DNA of 64,000 nucleotides, taken from assembly GCA_034780895.1 (NCBI GenBank), contig JAUZTB010000098.1, positions 84,592,980 through 84,656,979 of the forward strand. The letters run 5' to 3'. The position numbers were made by a program, and so were the translations under genes. This document shows positions 49,050 to 61,964 of the stretch, piece after piece (within the stretch, counting starts at the first letter, position 1; each line of letters begins with the position of its first letter). This DNA comes from Rhynchobatus australiae (Eukaryota). The notes under the pieces were generated by a model. That model was given only the letters and a program-made list of their open reading frames with translations, did no database searches and was not told where the DNA came from.

Positions 49050-51500
49050 GTAAAATTGCTCGTCAATGGAATCAAACTAGATACAAAGCTGATCTTTTCC
49101 CAGTTCAGAGCAGAACTGTAAGCTATATAGAGTCTAATTGAAGAGGAGCTAGACAGGGTAGAATAAATTAGTGGGTTTGTGGAAACCAACCAGAATAATG
49201 GACTACTAGTGGTCAGCCCAAAAAAATTTGAGAGGCTGTGAGGAAACTACAAAGTTACACCAACTCAAGCTGCAGACAGAGGATAATATCTGCTACTTCC
49301 TTTGCAAGACCACAGAGTTATCAGGATCAAAGGTATTCACAAAATTGGATCTATTCCATGCCTACTCACAATAGGCTAGCAATACCTGACCATCAAAGAG
49401 CACAAAGTGCTCTGCTCACATGCAAAGGGTACTCTAGGGAGTCAAGTCTTCTTCATAAAATTTTCCAGGCTTTGATGGATTGAATCTTGCAAGGAGTTCA
49501 ATACAAGATGACCTGTTGATTAAGAGCATGGAAGAGAAGTATCTTCTGATTTGGGGGAATTGTTCATAAGTTTAAAAGAGTACAATGCAAGAAAGAAACA
49601 AAGCAAATGCATGCTAGTATGCCTTGGTTTTAAGGTTAATGCAGTGAAGGAGAAAGTAGAGGCCATCAGCACTGCGCCTAAACTTGAAAAAAAGCATTCT
49701 TAGGAATGGTTCAATATTCTGTGAGATCCTTTCCAGACCTTTGCAACAATAGTGCATCATTTTTGGTAAAGGATATGAAATAGACGTGGAGTGAGGAGGA
49801 GTGCAGATGAAGAATACAGAAAAGATTGGCAAGTGAAACTCTCCTTGTTCATTGTGATATCTGGCGTGAGTTGAAGTTGGCATGTGATACTTAAAGTTAT
49901 AAATAGGTGCAGTTATATGTCACTTGATGGATGATGGGGGAAAAAGAGAAATTTATCTTGGATAGAACAGTGGCAGAGCAGTCAGCGCTGGAACCATGCA
50001 CAGTCCAGAACTCAGCTGCTGATTGTGGAATTTGCACATTCTCCCCCATTACTGTATGGATTTCTATAGGTACTCAGTTTCCCTCCAACATCCCAGGGAT
50101 GTGCTGGTAGGTTAATTGGCCTTAAGTACAGGTAAGTGGCAAAAAGAACCAAAGTGGAGCCGATGGTCTTGTGAGAGAAGTTGCAGGGCTACAGTGAAAT
50201 AAGAAGAGGCAGAATGGGATTGATAGGCTTGCTGTTGGGATCCAATGAGCTGAATGGTCCCTTTGTATGTCATAGCAAGTCAGTAAATAATCACTTTCAT
50301 TTCTCACATTCTTAGAAGTGGTTAGTACAATTATGTACAGATCAAGAAAGAAGCACTTAGAACAGTGTTTGGAATTGGGAAATTCTTGGCAGGGTCATTA
50401 CCCCTAGTAACAGATCAATGTCCATTTTGTTATATTAGATCTCAAATCAGTGATACTAATGACAGCAGCATCAAATATGCAAAAATGAGTAACCCTTCTG
50501 TTTTAGTATGAATGTGTAATCGAGCACAGGGGTTTCATATAGAGCACTATTGTGGATGCTCTGTTGCAGTTACCATTTGAGAACTCTGATTTAGGAAGTG
50601 AAATGGGAATTGCACCTGAAATGAGGTTGATGAGTATCTTCCAGTAACTGCAGCTGAAACTGCGGATAAGACACAGAAAAACACTAATGTTTAAGAGGAT
50701 CTATGAATATATACCGAAAAGATAGCTTGATTTTGAAGAAGGTAAAATCAAGGAACTGATACCATTCCACAATCAGTGCAAAAAGTTGTCATGTGAACAG
50801 CGATGCATCAAGTGGGAACACAGTGTGTTATTACCAGCTACTTTGAAGGAAAAAAATTAGGAGGAACTTCATATTGAACATATAGTTAATATATGAAAGC
50901 AATTGCCACCAGTTTTGGTTACTGGTTCCATTTGGACAATGACCTCAGATCATCAGTAAGCAAATGCAGTATTAGTCAAAGTTGCAGGAAGAAACCACCA
51001 AAAATGTTTTTGCAGTTATGGGCATGACCTCCTTGACCATTTCAGGGAGTACAAGTAGCTGTCTGTGACAGAGGGTAAGACTGTTTCCTGCTAGTGATCG
51101 TCATTTGAAGTGGATGGAAGTGAAACACATGAGTTCTTAATGTTTTGTAGATGAGTTAAGCCTTAAATTTGCACATTGTCATTTATGTAAAAATCTCATT
51201 TCTGACCATGGCCCGCAGGTTCAATCTGTTCTGTTAGCAAACTCCATGAAATGGGATAGTAGCAAACGGAATCTCTTTCCTTCACATCAGCTGGCTTCAA
51301 GTGGCACAGCTGAGAGGTCAATCAGAAGAGTGAAAGAAGCCCTTAAGAGCATACGTTGCAGGGATATTTCAAAACCAGCGTGTAACTTTTCTTGGCCAAT
51401 TTCTTGCTGAAATCCACAGCAACTCTTCAGACTCCCACAGAGGTTCTCATGAAGAGAAAATTGAGAACATACTTGAGCTTTGTTCAACCAAATTTGGATT
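49050..51500 (+). mobile_element. Decayed Ty3/Gypsy pol relic B (protease remnant, RT, RNase H, integrase)
   Basis: In order: VKLLVNGIKLDT (49050), IEEELDRVE, RL*GNYKVT, LSGSKVFTKLDLFHAYSQ (49318), KIFQALMD, IQDDLLI (49501), EKVEAI, FLGMVQY, LKLACDT (49871), NYVQIKKEAL (50329), VDALLQLP (50552), EELHIEHI (50861), ISDHGPQ (51198), ASSGTAERS (51294), LMKRKLRT. The domain order RT-RH-IN is Gypsy-type. Confidence 0.85.
49965..50275 (+). mobile_element. HE1-type V-SINE inserted in the Gypsy RNase H region
   Basis: cagtggcagagcagtcagcgctg...gtggaatttgcacattctcccc...gatgtgctggtaggttaattggcc...gagctgaatggtccctttgtatgtcata. Confidence 0.7.
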
Positions 51501-52824
51501 TTAGGGTTGAACAAAAGTCAAAAGTCTCAGTATGTTGAAATCTGAAAGAACACAGTTTCCAATGAAACAAGGGTGTGTGTTCTTACCCCCCACTCTGCAC
51601 CAAGTCAAGTGCATACTGTAGAGGTTTGTGGAACCAAGAGATATTCAGAAGTACCCAAGTAGATCAAATGATCCCTGTTGGAGATGAACCAAATCCAGAT
51701 GTTGAACAATGTGATTNNNNNNNNNNNNNNNNNNNNNNNNNNNNNNNNNNNNNNNNNNNNNNNNNNNNNNNNNNNNNNNNNNNNNNNNNNNNNNNNNNNN
51801 NNNNNNNNNNNNNNNNNNNNNNNNNNNNNNNNNNNNNNNNNNNNNNNNNNNNNNNNNNNNNNNNNNNNNNNNNNNNNNNNNNNNNNNNNNNNNNNNNNNN
51901 NNNNNNNNNNNNNNNNNNNNNNNNNNNNNNNNNNNNNNNNNNNNNNNNNNNNNNNNNNNNNNNNNNNNNNCCTTGTATGTGTGGACAGAATGATCTCGCA
52001 TAGTCTGAAACACTCTGCCTGCCACCTTAAAGTCTCAGCACCATAAAAAGTCGTAGCCTACTGCTTTGCAAAATAAACCACCACCTGTCTGGATACATAA
52101 TAATTCTAAGTCTCAGTGCACTTGTGAAGATATTACAATTTCTGCAGAGTCCTGATTTGACGTCGCATCCAGCAATGGCATCTCTGACATTGCCAAACTC
52201 CTTCAGCACTGAACTATCAGCTTAAATTATGTGCTTCATTCCTATTGGCTCATATGAGAGTGATATCACTGACCACAAACTGGACACTCATAAACTCCTA
52301 CAATGTATTTGAATATGTTAATATTCAGTGGCAATCTTATGATTGCCTCATCACCCAATGACTGCAGTGGTTCACATAAAAGGCTGCCTACATTGTCTCA
52401 ACACTACTTGGGATGGATAATTAATACAGCTTTGATAATGTTTTGAGTCAGAGAAAACCAATACAGCTTATAATCTTGACTCTAGAGAGAGGGAATCTTG
52501 GGATTCCAATGAATATCCAATTATAAAATCAGCTCCCTGGGGGAAAGCAATATTAGATTTCCTTCAGAAAGAAAATTCTCATTATATATGGATAATTGGA
52601 GACCTGATGTGTGACGACTCTTTCTTACTCAGGAAAAATAGATGACATTGACCAATGGTTCCCAAAATTGTCCATTACATGGGTTTTCCTTGAGTCATGC
52701 AGAGACGGACAGAGATTGTTTGATATGATTAGTCAACAATTCATTATTTCTAGGGACTGCTAGGGTAGTGAAAGGCAGAGTAAATGGACCGTGATTCTTT
52801 TTTGTGCAGCAATGCCTGTGCCTG

Positions 52825-52832
52825 TTGCGTGA
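52825..52832 (+). promoter_or_regulatory. Consensus XRE/DRE (AHR-ARNT site) TTGCGTGA, candidate only
   Basis: tgTTGCGTGAt in apparently non-repetitive intronic sequence. AHRR is an established AHR target. A single motif can occur by chance. Confidence 0.25.
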
Positions 52833-53404
52833 TAGGTATTTATAGCCCTGATATTTACAGTTTTCTGCCAAGTTATCTTGCCAGAGGGAACACATTAGTA
52901 TTTGTTTATAAGTCTTGGTGTTTGTCAGGAGATTACTGTTGCCATTTGTTTAAAGTCAGTACCTGAAAATAACAAACTTCCACTTTACCTTTTTATTTTG
53001 TTTGTCAAAGGATTGCTGCAAAACCAATAAATTGAGAAAACTCGAATGTGGTTATAATTAGAAACACAGTGTGTGATAGATTTTTAAACAGCAACCAGCA
53101 ATGTGTATATAGAAGATAAACAGTGAGTAACTGCAGGATGCAAGTAATGTCCTGCTACTAGGCTGAGTTAAAGGCAACAGTGAACCTGGTTGTAAAAAAG
53201 AACTTGCATTTTTATGGTGCCTCAGGACATTCCGGAAACTTCACAGTCAATGAAAACTTTTAAAGTATAGAAAGCACAGCAGTAAATTTGCAGGCATTAG
53301 TGTTTCATTGTAACGGTGTGATAGTAACTAGAAGTTTGGATTATGATGTTGGCTGGTCAGGTGTTGCCCAGCATCCTGGGAGAACCTTTCTTCAAACAAT
53401 CTAC

Positions 53405-53930
53405 AAACAATTGACATTCAATGGCATTACCATTGCTGAGTCAAGTACTGTTGATATCTTCGGGCTCACCATTGACCGGAAGCTCAACTGCACTAGCCAC
53501 ATAAATACTGNNNNNNNNNNNNNNNNNNNNNNNNNNNNNNNNNNNNNNNNNNNNNNNNNNNNNNNNNNNNNNNNNNNAGGCCTATCCACCACCTGCAAGA
53601 ATGTTAAGAATGTAATAGACAACTCTCCATTGGCTGGATTGGTGTTTCAACACTGGTTCTCAAGAATCTTGACATCATCCAGGATAAAGCAGGCCAATAA
53701 ATTGGCACTCTTTCAACTACCATGGGCAGGCTTTCCATCAAGCACAGCATCCTGACTTGGAAATAAATCACCAGCCCTTCATCATCCTGGAACTCCCTCC
53801 CCAACAGCATTGTGGCACTACCTTCATCAGAGAGACTGCAGCAGTTCAAGAAAGTGGCTCCTCACCACCTTCTCGGGATATTAGGGATGAGCAATAAATG
53901 CTGGCTTTGCCAGTGATGTCCAGTTCTGGA
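53405..53930 (+). mobile_element. Non-LTR retrotransposon (CR1/L2 group) 3' fragment
   Basis: LTFNGITIAESSTVDIFGLTIDRKLNCTSHINT (ORF 53288-53755). Tail gcagttcaagaaagtggctcctcaccaccttctc...gcaataaatgctggctttgccagtgatg. Confidence 0.7.
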
Positions 53931-56900
53931 TAAAAGTAGATTCAACTGTATCAACCCGAGGGAACTGACAGGGCTTTGGCTTAATATGGTATCCAACAGT
54001 GCAACTCTCCCTTGGTGTAGCTTCCCTTCATTGCTGTACTGAAGTGTGGATTATGTACTGAAGTCTCAGGACTGGGGCTGAAACTCACAACCTTTGCATC
54101 AGAAGTGAACTTCACCACTGGGTCACCAGTTTACCAAGTGCATCATTAACCTGTATCAAGTAGCCTAAGAGATGTTAACATTGTAACTTAAAATACAAAC
54201 CATGTTCATAGTGAAGTCTGATGAATTTATTTTACCACTTTGAAGAGTTGATCATTGCCCATTGTTTCAGGAAGAAACACTTCCTGGCAAATTAGCAGCA
54301 GACTCTTATCCCCACAGTGTTCTCTGATTGGCTGTGGGAGGGAAACTAGCAGGGGAGTATTGGGGCAAAATGTTACTATTCAAACATTATTGCAAATCAT
54401 ACTGGTCATGTAAATAATGCCTGGTTGTTTTCTTTTGATTGACATTCTTGCGCCTTTTGGATATATTTTGAATCATGAAATAACCTTATGCTTATTTAAG
54501 GCCAGGTGTTTATTTTCATTGCAAATTTAAACATTAATCATAACTCAGAACAAAGAGGAAAGCTTGTCTTTTGGTTATTTTTAAAAGCATTAAACCACTT
54601 TGTAATGCTGACTTTGATCTAAAATTACCACCAAAAATTATGTTCCTATTATGTAATTTTAGTGAAGGCAGTGACCTGTGATTGGATACCTGCGTCTGGG
54701 CCTATAGGGGGTCATGATCAGGTTCCAAGATTTTGTGTATGTAAATTTTCAATCAAATAATGTACTTGCAACAAAAAAGTATTACATTTATGCTGGAGAG
54801 GGGAACAATGCAGAAGTTTTCTTCTCAGTTGAGTGTTTGGATTTTTTTAAAGTAATCTGCATTTTTCTCTCTTTTGCTTACATTAGAAATGTAACTGCTG
54901 ACTCCCCACCACTCTTCTGAATTTTTGGCTTCCTTAGCCCAATACCTGGTAAAGGCAGGACAGGCATTATATTGATAGTGGCTTCTAGATGAAAGTAGTG
55001 GACGTCCAGCCTGGTTCTATATTTTCCTGTCTTAAGACAAACCCTTTCCCAAGGGCAAGAGCAGCTATGGATATCTAGGGCACCCCAAGGCCTCCAATCC
55101 TCCGCAGAGAAGCTTGCACCTGACAGTATGGCCCTGATTGTTAATTCTCTGGACTTTTCCTTTCCTTTCATTTATTGGATGCATAGCTGAGTGCAGTGGG
55201 GTCAGTAATGACCAATGGCTTTGTTGGAGGAGGGGTTCTTATTTACTTGCTAGAAAATGTCAACAGTTCTGTATGAACATAAGTGCAGACATTTCAAAAT
55301 TGCTGCCAATACTCAGGCCTGATCGTACTCTGTGTGGGATCCAACAATTGGATCAGAAGTTTGTTGGAGTTTCCTAGCACTGACCCTGGGGAATATGCTG
55401 TCAAATCCTGTGCGAGCCTGCAAGAAAAAAGGGAAGGAAAAGATAACTTCTTTTTACTTTTTGTGTTGCAGCAATGCTTATAATCTCTAAGCGTGTTTTT
55501 NNNNNNNNNNNNNNNNNNNNNNNNNNNNNNNNNNNNNNNNNNNNNNNNNNNNNNNNNNNNNNNNNNNNNNNNNNNNGTGTGAGGTCAGGACTCTCTTAAC
55601 CACAAGTTCTTCATGGAAACACAGATTTGGGAGAATTACTTATCTCTGCGCTAAATCAAGGCAACAGTTTAATCCTGAAGTCAATTAGATTCTTGAAGAC
55701 TGATGTCAGAGGTGAATGAAGCATTCTAAAATGGCAATTATCAATTTAGCTGAGAGCTCAAATTCTGACAACAGGGTTGCTACGGGGCCTCCTACCTTAC
55801 AACAATAACTGCACTTCAAAAGTGCTTCATTGGCTATAAACCACATTGGGATAATCTGAGAGGGACACAAAAATGCCAAATAAATCCAAATCCATCTTGG
55901 GTACTTTTGGGTGTACAGGTTGATTGGATTTAATTAAAACTCCAGTATATATAGAGGCACTTAGCTTTTACATATTTTTCTTCCTCTCTGCATGTGACCA
56001 TTTGCACATTTATGGATTATTGTACAATAGTTATTCAATAATTAACATATACCCATGATTAAGATGTATTTTAATGAACTTGACCCTTACCAATAACTTT
56101 AATTTCCTTACATGTCATTCTCTCATTGTAATCAAGACCCCTTTCTGTGGTACTTNNNNNNNNNNNNNNNNNNNNNNNNNNNNNTTTGCTTTCCTAGCAT
56201 GCAAAGCCTTAAATTATAAATCTGTCTTTGATTCAGAGCCCTTCCATGCCAGCCATTCTCTAGTTTCTACACAACCCCAATTAAAAAGCACAATGTTTTT
56301 CTTTGCCTAATTAACAGATTCTCCAGTGTTGTGGACTGATTAATGGTTTTTGAAACTTATGAACAAGTATGCAATATAGTGTCCTTCACAAGATGTTTTG
56401 AAATGATTAAGTTGACCATTGGTTTAAGATTACCTATTGTTCAATGCTTAAGGGAGCACAGCTTCTTAACTAACTTGGAGTTCACAGTGGAACAGACACA
56501 GCCTTAAAATGAAGAGTACAGCAATATGAAGACAAATGAATACTATATTATCATTAATGGGCTTCTGGGCAGTGTGATTAACGGTTTCCATACACCAGTA
56601 ACTGTTTACAAACTCAAGTTAAAACTTTGTAGAAGAATTCTCTGGAAATAATGCAATTCCATGAGTTAACTCGGACAACAGGTTGTGGTCAATCTGTTCA
56701 GTCTATTGGTCCCAGCTTATGTTCTAAATTCATACCACTGCCCCATAAACAGGAGAGTGATCTAAGCAGCAGAACAAACTTTTTTAGTTACATAGAATCT
56801 GTAACAATAGAAAATCTATGTAACAATAACAATTCTTAGTTACATAGAATTTACATGACAGAAAAAGCCCTTTGATCCAAATGACTCATCATGTGAATTT

Positions 56901-57244
56901 CCTGCCATGAATTATCTCTTCCTATTCTTGACCTATTATTTTAATATTTGCTTCTCCTTCACACTGCATGTGTTAAGACTCTCTGCTCCAATCAATGCCC
57001 TTTTTCTGATTTGGTAAAAGTTTTTTACTAATGACTTTGGCGGTGTTGTAGCCAATCACTGCTTTGTCTGTCCGTCAGCTGTGGCTCATTTGGTAACACT
57101 CTTGCTCCTGAGTCACTTCATTGTGGATTCAGTTACCTTCCAGAGACACAAGCACATAAATGAGTCTGACACACAGTCTCTTCTTTTGGATGAGACATTA
57201 ATTCTTCATAAACATGGAGAGTGAAACAGTTCAACCTGCAACTA

Positions 57245-58440
57245 GAGTCCTGCATCTAATCAAAGAAAACTATGAAGGTGTGAGTTGGCTATGGGGAGGT
57301 TCATGAAAGGCATGACAATGGAAAGGCAATGGCTAACATTTGAGGAATAAATGTAGGAACTGCAACAGTTATAAGTTTATTTTGGTGCAAAAACACAAAA
57401 AAGGGACCTAGCCATGGCTAGCAAATGAAATCAAGGAAGGTATCAGATCCAGTCATATAAAGTTGCCATAAAAAGTAACAAGTCTGAAGATTAGGAGCAG
57501 TTCAGGCTTCAGCAAAAGAGGGCCAAGAGTTTGATAAAGAGAGGAAAAGTAGGCGATGAGAATAAACTTGCAAGAAAGTTAAAAATAGGCCAAAAAATTT
57601 CCACATGTAGTAAAGATTAGCAAAGGCAAATGTTGGTGTCCTATGTCAGAAACGGGAGAATTTATAATGGGAACAAAGAAATAGGAGAGCAATTAAATAA
57701 ATAGATGCTGGAAATCTGGTGGCAATGAAGGGTCTTGACCCAAAACATCGACTGTCCATTTTCCCCCCATAGATGCTGCCTGACCCACTGAGTTCCTCCA
57801 GCTCCTTTGTGTGTGGCAATTAAATAAAGAATTTGGTTCTGCCTTCAGGAAAGAGGACACAAATAACTTCCCAGAAATGCAAGCGAAGCAAGAGTCCAGT
57901 GAAAAGGAGGAATTAAAGGAGATTGGTATAAGTTTAAAACAAAACTGGCTACAGAAATTATAGGGACTGAAAACAGCTAAGTCCACAGGTCATGATAATT
58001 TGCATCCCAAATAATAGAAGAGTTATATGGAAATAGTGAATGAATGGTTTGTCATGTTTGAAATTTCTGTGGATTAATATTACCGGATAACAGAGAACTA
58101 AATGTAAACCCACTATTTAATAAAAAGGAGGGAGAGAGAAAACAAGGAATAACAGACTGACATGTTAGAGCCTATTATAAAGGATGCTAAGAAAATATCA
58201 ATGGGATTAGACAAAGTTGACATGAATCTATGAAAGGGGAACCACATTTAACAAATCTACAGAAGTTTTTTTGAGAAGGCGATTGGTAGAATAGATAAGG
58301 TGCAGATTATTTAAATCTTCAGAAGCCCCACGTAGGAGGTTAGTGTGCAAAAGTACATGGGATTGGGGTGATATATTGGCATGGACTGACAGATAGAAAA
58401 CAGACAGTAAGAATAAATAGAGTTTTTTTTGGGGTGGCAA
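57245..58440 (+). mobile_element. CR1-like ORF2 fragment (linker between endonuclease and RT, and RT start), decayed
   Basis: ccatggcta (PWL), gagaataaacttgca, gagcaattaaataaa...tttggttctgccttc (EQLNK.FGS.F), aatgtaaacccactattt, ttaacaaatctacagaagttttttgag. Confidence 0.7.
57702..57815 (+). mobile_element. 114-bp Penelope terminal-repeat insertion with a perfect 13-bp TSD
   Basis: tgaagggtcttgacccaaaacatcgac...catagatgctgcctgacccactgagttcctccagc, flanked by gcaattaaataaa at 57689-57701 and 57816-57828. Confidence 0.85.
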
Positions 58441-59314
58441 ATTGTCAGTCAACATCACTGACAATTTGCTGAGGTACACTGTTCTGCCAGATGTGGTTTT
58501 CCCTGAAGAAGAAGTCTTAACCTTGTGAGAAACAAACAGGTCACCTGGGTAGGTAAGAACAAGGCCCACACACAAAACTGCTGAGGAAACCCTTTTCAGG
58601 TATCCCTTGCTATTTGTAGGAAGTAGCTTGATGCAAAATAGCATGTTTTCTATTTTGCAACAATAACCAACAAAATTACTTCAAGGGCTATTTAACATCT
58701 TATGTTAAGTATCAGGTTTTCTTTTGTTTTGTCTTTCTGAATGCTGGTGAAGGTTGTGGAGAGGTAGTGCAGAGGTTGGTTTTCTCACGTGTCAACTGAT
58801 TTAANNNNNNNNNNNNNNNNNNNNNNNNNNNNNNNNNNNNNNNNNNNNNNNNNNNNNNNNNNNNNNNNNNNNNNNNNNNNNNNNNNNNNNNNNNNNNNNN
58901 NNNNGTGTCAACTGATTTAAGGCTTAGTAACCAGGCGCTGCTTTTGCTGATGCAATGCTGAGATCCACATCGGCCTGCAACAGAATTTAAATGTTCTTCT
59001 CTGTACTGCTGCTAAATAGAAAGAGGAAATGCTGCTGCTAAGTTTTCTGCCTGTTTTATGTCAGGTTAATCACGAGTTTATGGGTTTTTGCCAATTTTGG
59101 ATTTTCCACCCTGCTTCACTGAAAGGAAATATCTTAAGTCCATCAAACTTAAAAAATTGGTAGGAGTCATGGCAAAAGCTCTTTGACCCCAACCCTCTCA
59201 ACATCACAATGAAAGGTTCCATTAATAAAGGTCACAAGGGAATAGCTCAGAGCTGGACATCAGAATACAAAGGTTCTGTTCCTGTGTGAAACAAAAATAA
59301 CAAATTGCAGGTAC

Positions 59315-59640
59315 ATGGCACCTTCAATAAAGCAAAATGACCCAGGATGTACTTTGCAGGAGAATTATCAGACACCAAGCCACATAAAGAGGTAGTACCA
59401 CAAACTTGTTCAAAGAGGTAGTTTTAAAGGAGTGCTTCGAAGGAGGAAAGATTGAGAGCTGGAGGTGTTGAAAGTGGAAATTCTAGAACTTAGAAATCTG
59501 GAATTGAAGGAATGCAGAGGTTTCAGACTGGAGGCAAATATTGAGATGGAGAAGGCCAAGGAAATGAAGGGAATTTTTAAGGATGAGAATTTCAGTTTGA
59601 GGTGTTGCTAAGTTGTACCAGGGATTGGGTTAGGGCAGCT
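59315..59640 (-). mobile_element. L2-like 3' fragment
   Basis: ggcaccttcaat...gcaggagaattatcagacaccaagccacataaagagg...gaggtagttttaaaggagtgc is the reverse of the 26690-26975-type tail. Confidence 0.55.
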
Positions 59641-59975
59641 AATGCAATGTGAAGGAAAAAGGGAACCTGGTTTGAGCTAAGCTATGTGCAGCACAGATTT
59701 CGATGTGCAGGTGTTTGAAAGGGATGGAAGATGAAACAAGACTGAACACCTTCCAAGGAAGGTTCGGATCATTTACTAATGCAGTCCCATTCAAAGAAAA
59801 CAAGGCCTTTGTTTGCAGAATTGTAAAGTTTCTAAGTGTCATTGTGAGAAATGGATCCCTAGAAAGCATAAAGCAAAACCAAATGAAAGATCTTTCCTGC
59901 TGTGTGTCCAGCTGTGCTGGGTCACCTGGGTGCAGCGGCAATTGGAAAATCAAGGAGACTCCTTTGCATTTAAAG

Positions 59976-60105
59976 CAGAATCAGAATTATTATCACTGAC
60001 ATACCTTGTGAAATTTGTTGTTTTGCAACAGTAGTACAGTGCAAGACATAAAAATTACTATAAGTTACAAAAATAAATAAATAGTGCAAAAGAGGAATAA
60101 CAAGG
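59976..60105 (-). mobile_element. Rex1/Babar-like 3' UTR fragment
   Basis: Closely similar to 40317-40445 (cagaatcag..ttattatcactgacata...aaaattactataag). Confidence 0.8.
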
Positions 60106-60699
60106 ACGCAGCTGACATTTACACCCTCCAGGTGTTCTGGGTAGTGACCTGTTGTTTTCACAGGGAATCCCCATACTAACACATTCTTTGGCAGAAATGA
60201 AATGCAAAGCAGCTGATACTGGCAACTCCAGGTGATCTGGACAGTGCCCCTAGAGCCCCATCCAGAAAACAATCAACTGTATGTCAAATGTATCTATCTA
60301 ATTTTCAATTATTTCAAATAATTTTCAATTGTTTTCAGTTTCAATTTTCAGCCATTGGTGTTGCTACAGAAGCAGGAGGGCATCCAAATCTACTTGAATC
60401 TTATGAATGGGAATATTGTTTAACAAAATGGGTAATGTTGGCTGTAAGATCCAGAAGATTAATTTGAGGTCTACCTGGAGTGAGAAGGTTTCTGTGCATT
60501 TTCCAGCTGCTGGTTAGCAATTCATGCTTGGATATCAGCTGAGAGCTGCTACCAATATGATTTAATGGCAGGAGACCTGGTAATAAAGTGTATGAAATAT
60601 TACAAGGCTAGTAACTGTAAACCAGCAATTTATTAGAATGTTCAACATTGTTAACCGTAAGCACAGTTAATCATCATGCCAAACCAACTTAGATAGGCA

Positions 60700-60858
60700 A
60701 CTCCTTAGATAGGCATATGAATGTGCAGAGAATGGAGGGATATGGACATTGTGTAGGCAGAAGGGATTCGTTTAATTTGGTGCTTAATTATTAGTTTAAT
60801 TAGTTTGGCACAACATCATGGGCCGAAGGGCCTGTTCCTGTGCTGTACTGTACTACGA
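60700..60858 (+). mobile_element. CR1/HER1 3' end
   Basis: ttagataggcatatgaatgtgcagagaatggagggatatgga...gggccgaagggcctgttcctgtgctgtactgtactacg. Confidence 0.8.
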
Positions 60859-61456
60859 CTATTACTTTATTAATAGATTAAATAAGTTTGCTGTGATATT
60901 AATGGTGATGTGCACATTGAGAAGAAGCTAAGACTAAGTTTATCTGAGGACAATGTTGGGTGGATAATGTGCACCAATAATGGTGTAAATAAAGAATTAT
61001 CTAGACACTTACACGCATTTGCCAGGGAATGATGTGGTTGTCATTGCTTTGAAATGAAGATCTGTGCCTGTGCNNNNNNNNNNNNNNATGAAATCTGGGC
61101 TCCATGGGAAGCCTCGGAGCACCTGCTTCAAGCTCATTTCACAAAGACTCAAATTCATATGGAATTTCTCGGAACATCAAGCTGGCCCATGATTTTAATT
61201 ACTGGGCCTTAAATACATTTGTTTCATTTATGTAAGCAGGTAACTGGTTTGGGTTACAGTCAAAACACCTGCATCCAACCCACCAGAGCTATAGTGAGCC
61301 ATGAGGAGGAATGGGAGAGGGGTGGAATGCAGGGCAGCAGGATGTGGGAAGGAAGGGAGCTTGGGGCAGCAGGACCCAGATATTCCTTGGTGCCACTATG
61401 GAAAGACTTTGATTTATCATGGAGAACCTTCCTCGACATATATTACTGTTAAAGTT

Positions 61457-61840
61457 ACATAGAGTCATAAAGTCATACAGCGCCTAAAAAGGCCCTTCAG
61501 CCCAACTGGTCCATGCCAATCAAGATGTCCATCTAAGCTAGTCCCATTTGCCCACATTTAGCCCATGTCCCTCTAAACATATCCTATCCATATACCTGTC
61601 CAGGTGTCTTTTAAATGCGGTTAATGTACCTGCCTCAATCATGCCCTCTGGTAGCTCATTCCATATACGGACCACCCTCTGGATGAAATAGTTGCCTCTC
61701 AGGTTCCCATTAAACCTCTTCAGTCTCATTTTAAGCCTATGCCCCCTAGTTCTTGATACCACAACCCTGGGAAAAAGATTGTGTGTATTCACCTTATCTG
61801 TGCCCCTCTTGATTTTATAAGATCACCCCTCATTCTCTGA
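61457..61840 (-). mobile_element. CR1/HER1 LINE 3' fragment
   Basis: ORF 61538-61792 (LFPRVVVSRTRGHRLK...QRVVRIWNELPE...FKRHLDRYM). Terminal catagagtcataaagtcata repeats. Confidence 0.85.
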
Positions 61841-61964
61841 TAGAATCATAGGATTCTGCCCACATACCATCATGTCAGGCCGATGTATCAGTACCAAAAG
61901 GCAGTTGGTTAAGATGGCAGTAAAAGGAATCAAAATGGAATGGTACTTCATTCCATAGATGAGC

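Noticed and set aside
54714-54920. YIYAG motif resembling the AHRR/AHR N-terminal YAGRKRRK
   Set aside because: It lies downstream of the bHLH exon, lacks the RKRRK basic stretch and has no fitting splice context.
60295-60352. Repeated attttca words
   Set aside because: Low-complexity AT-rich slippage with no further structure.
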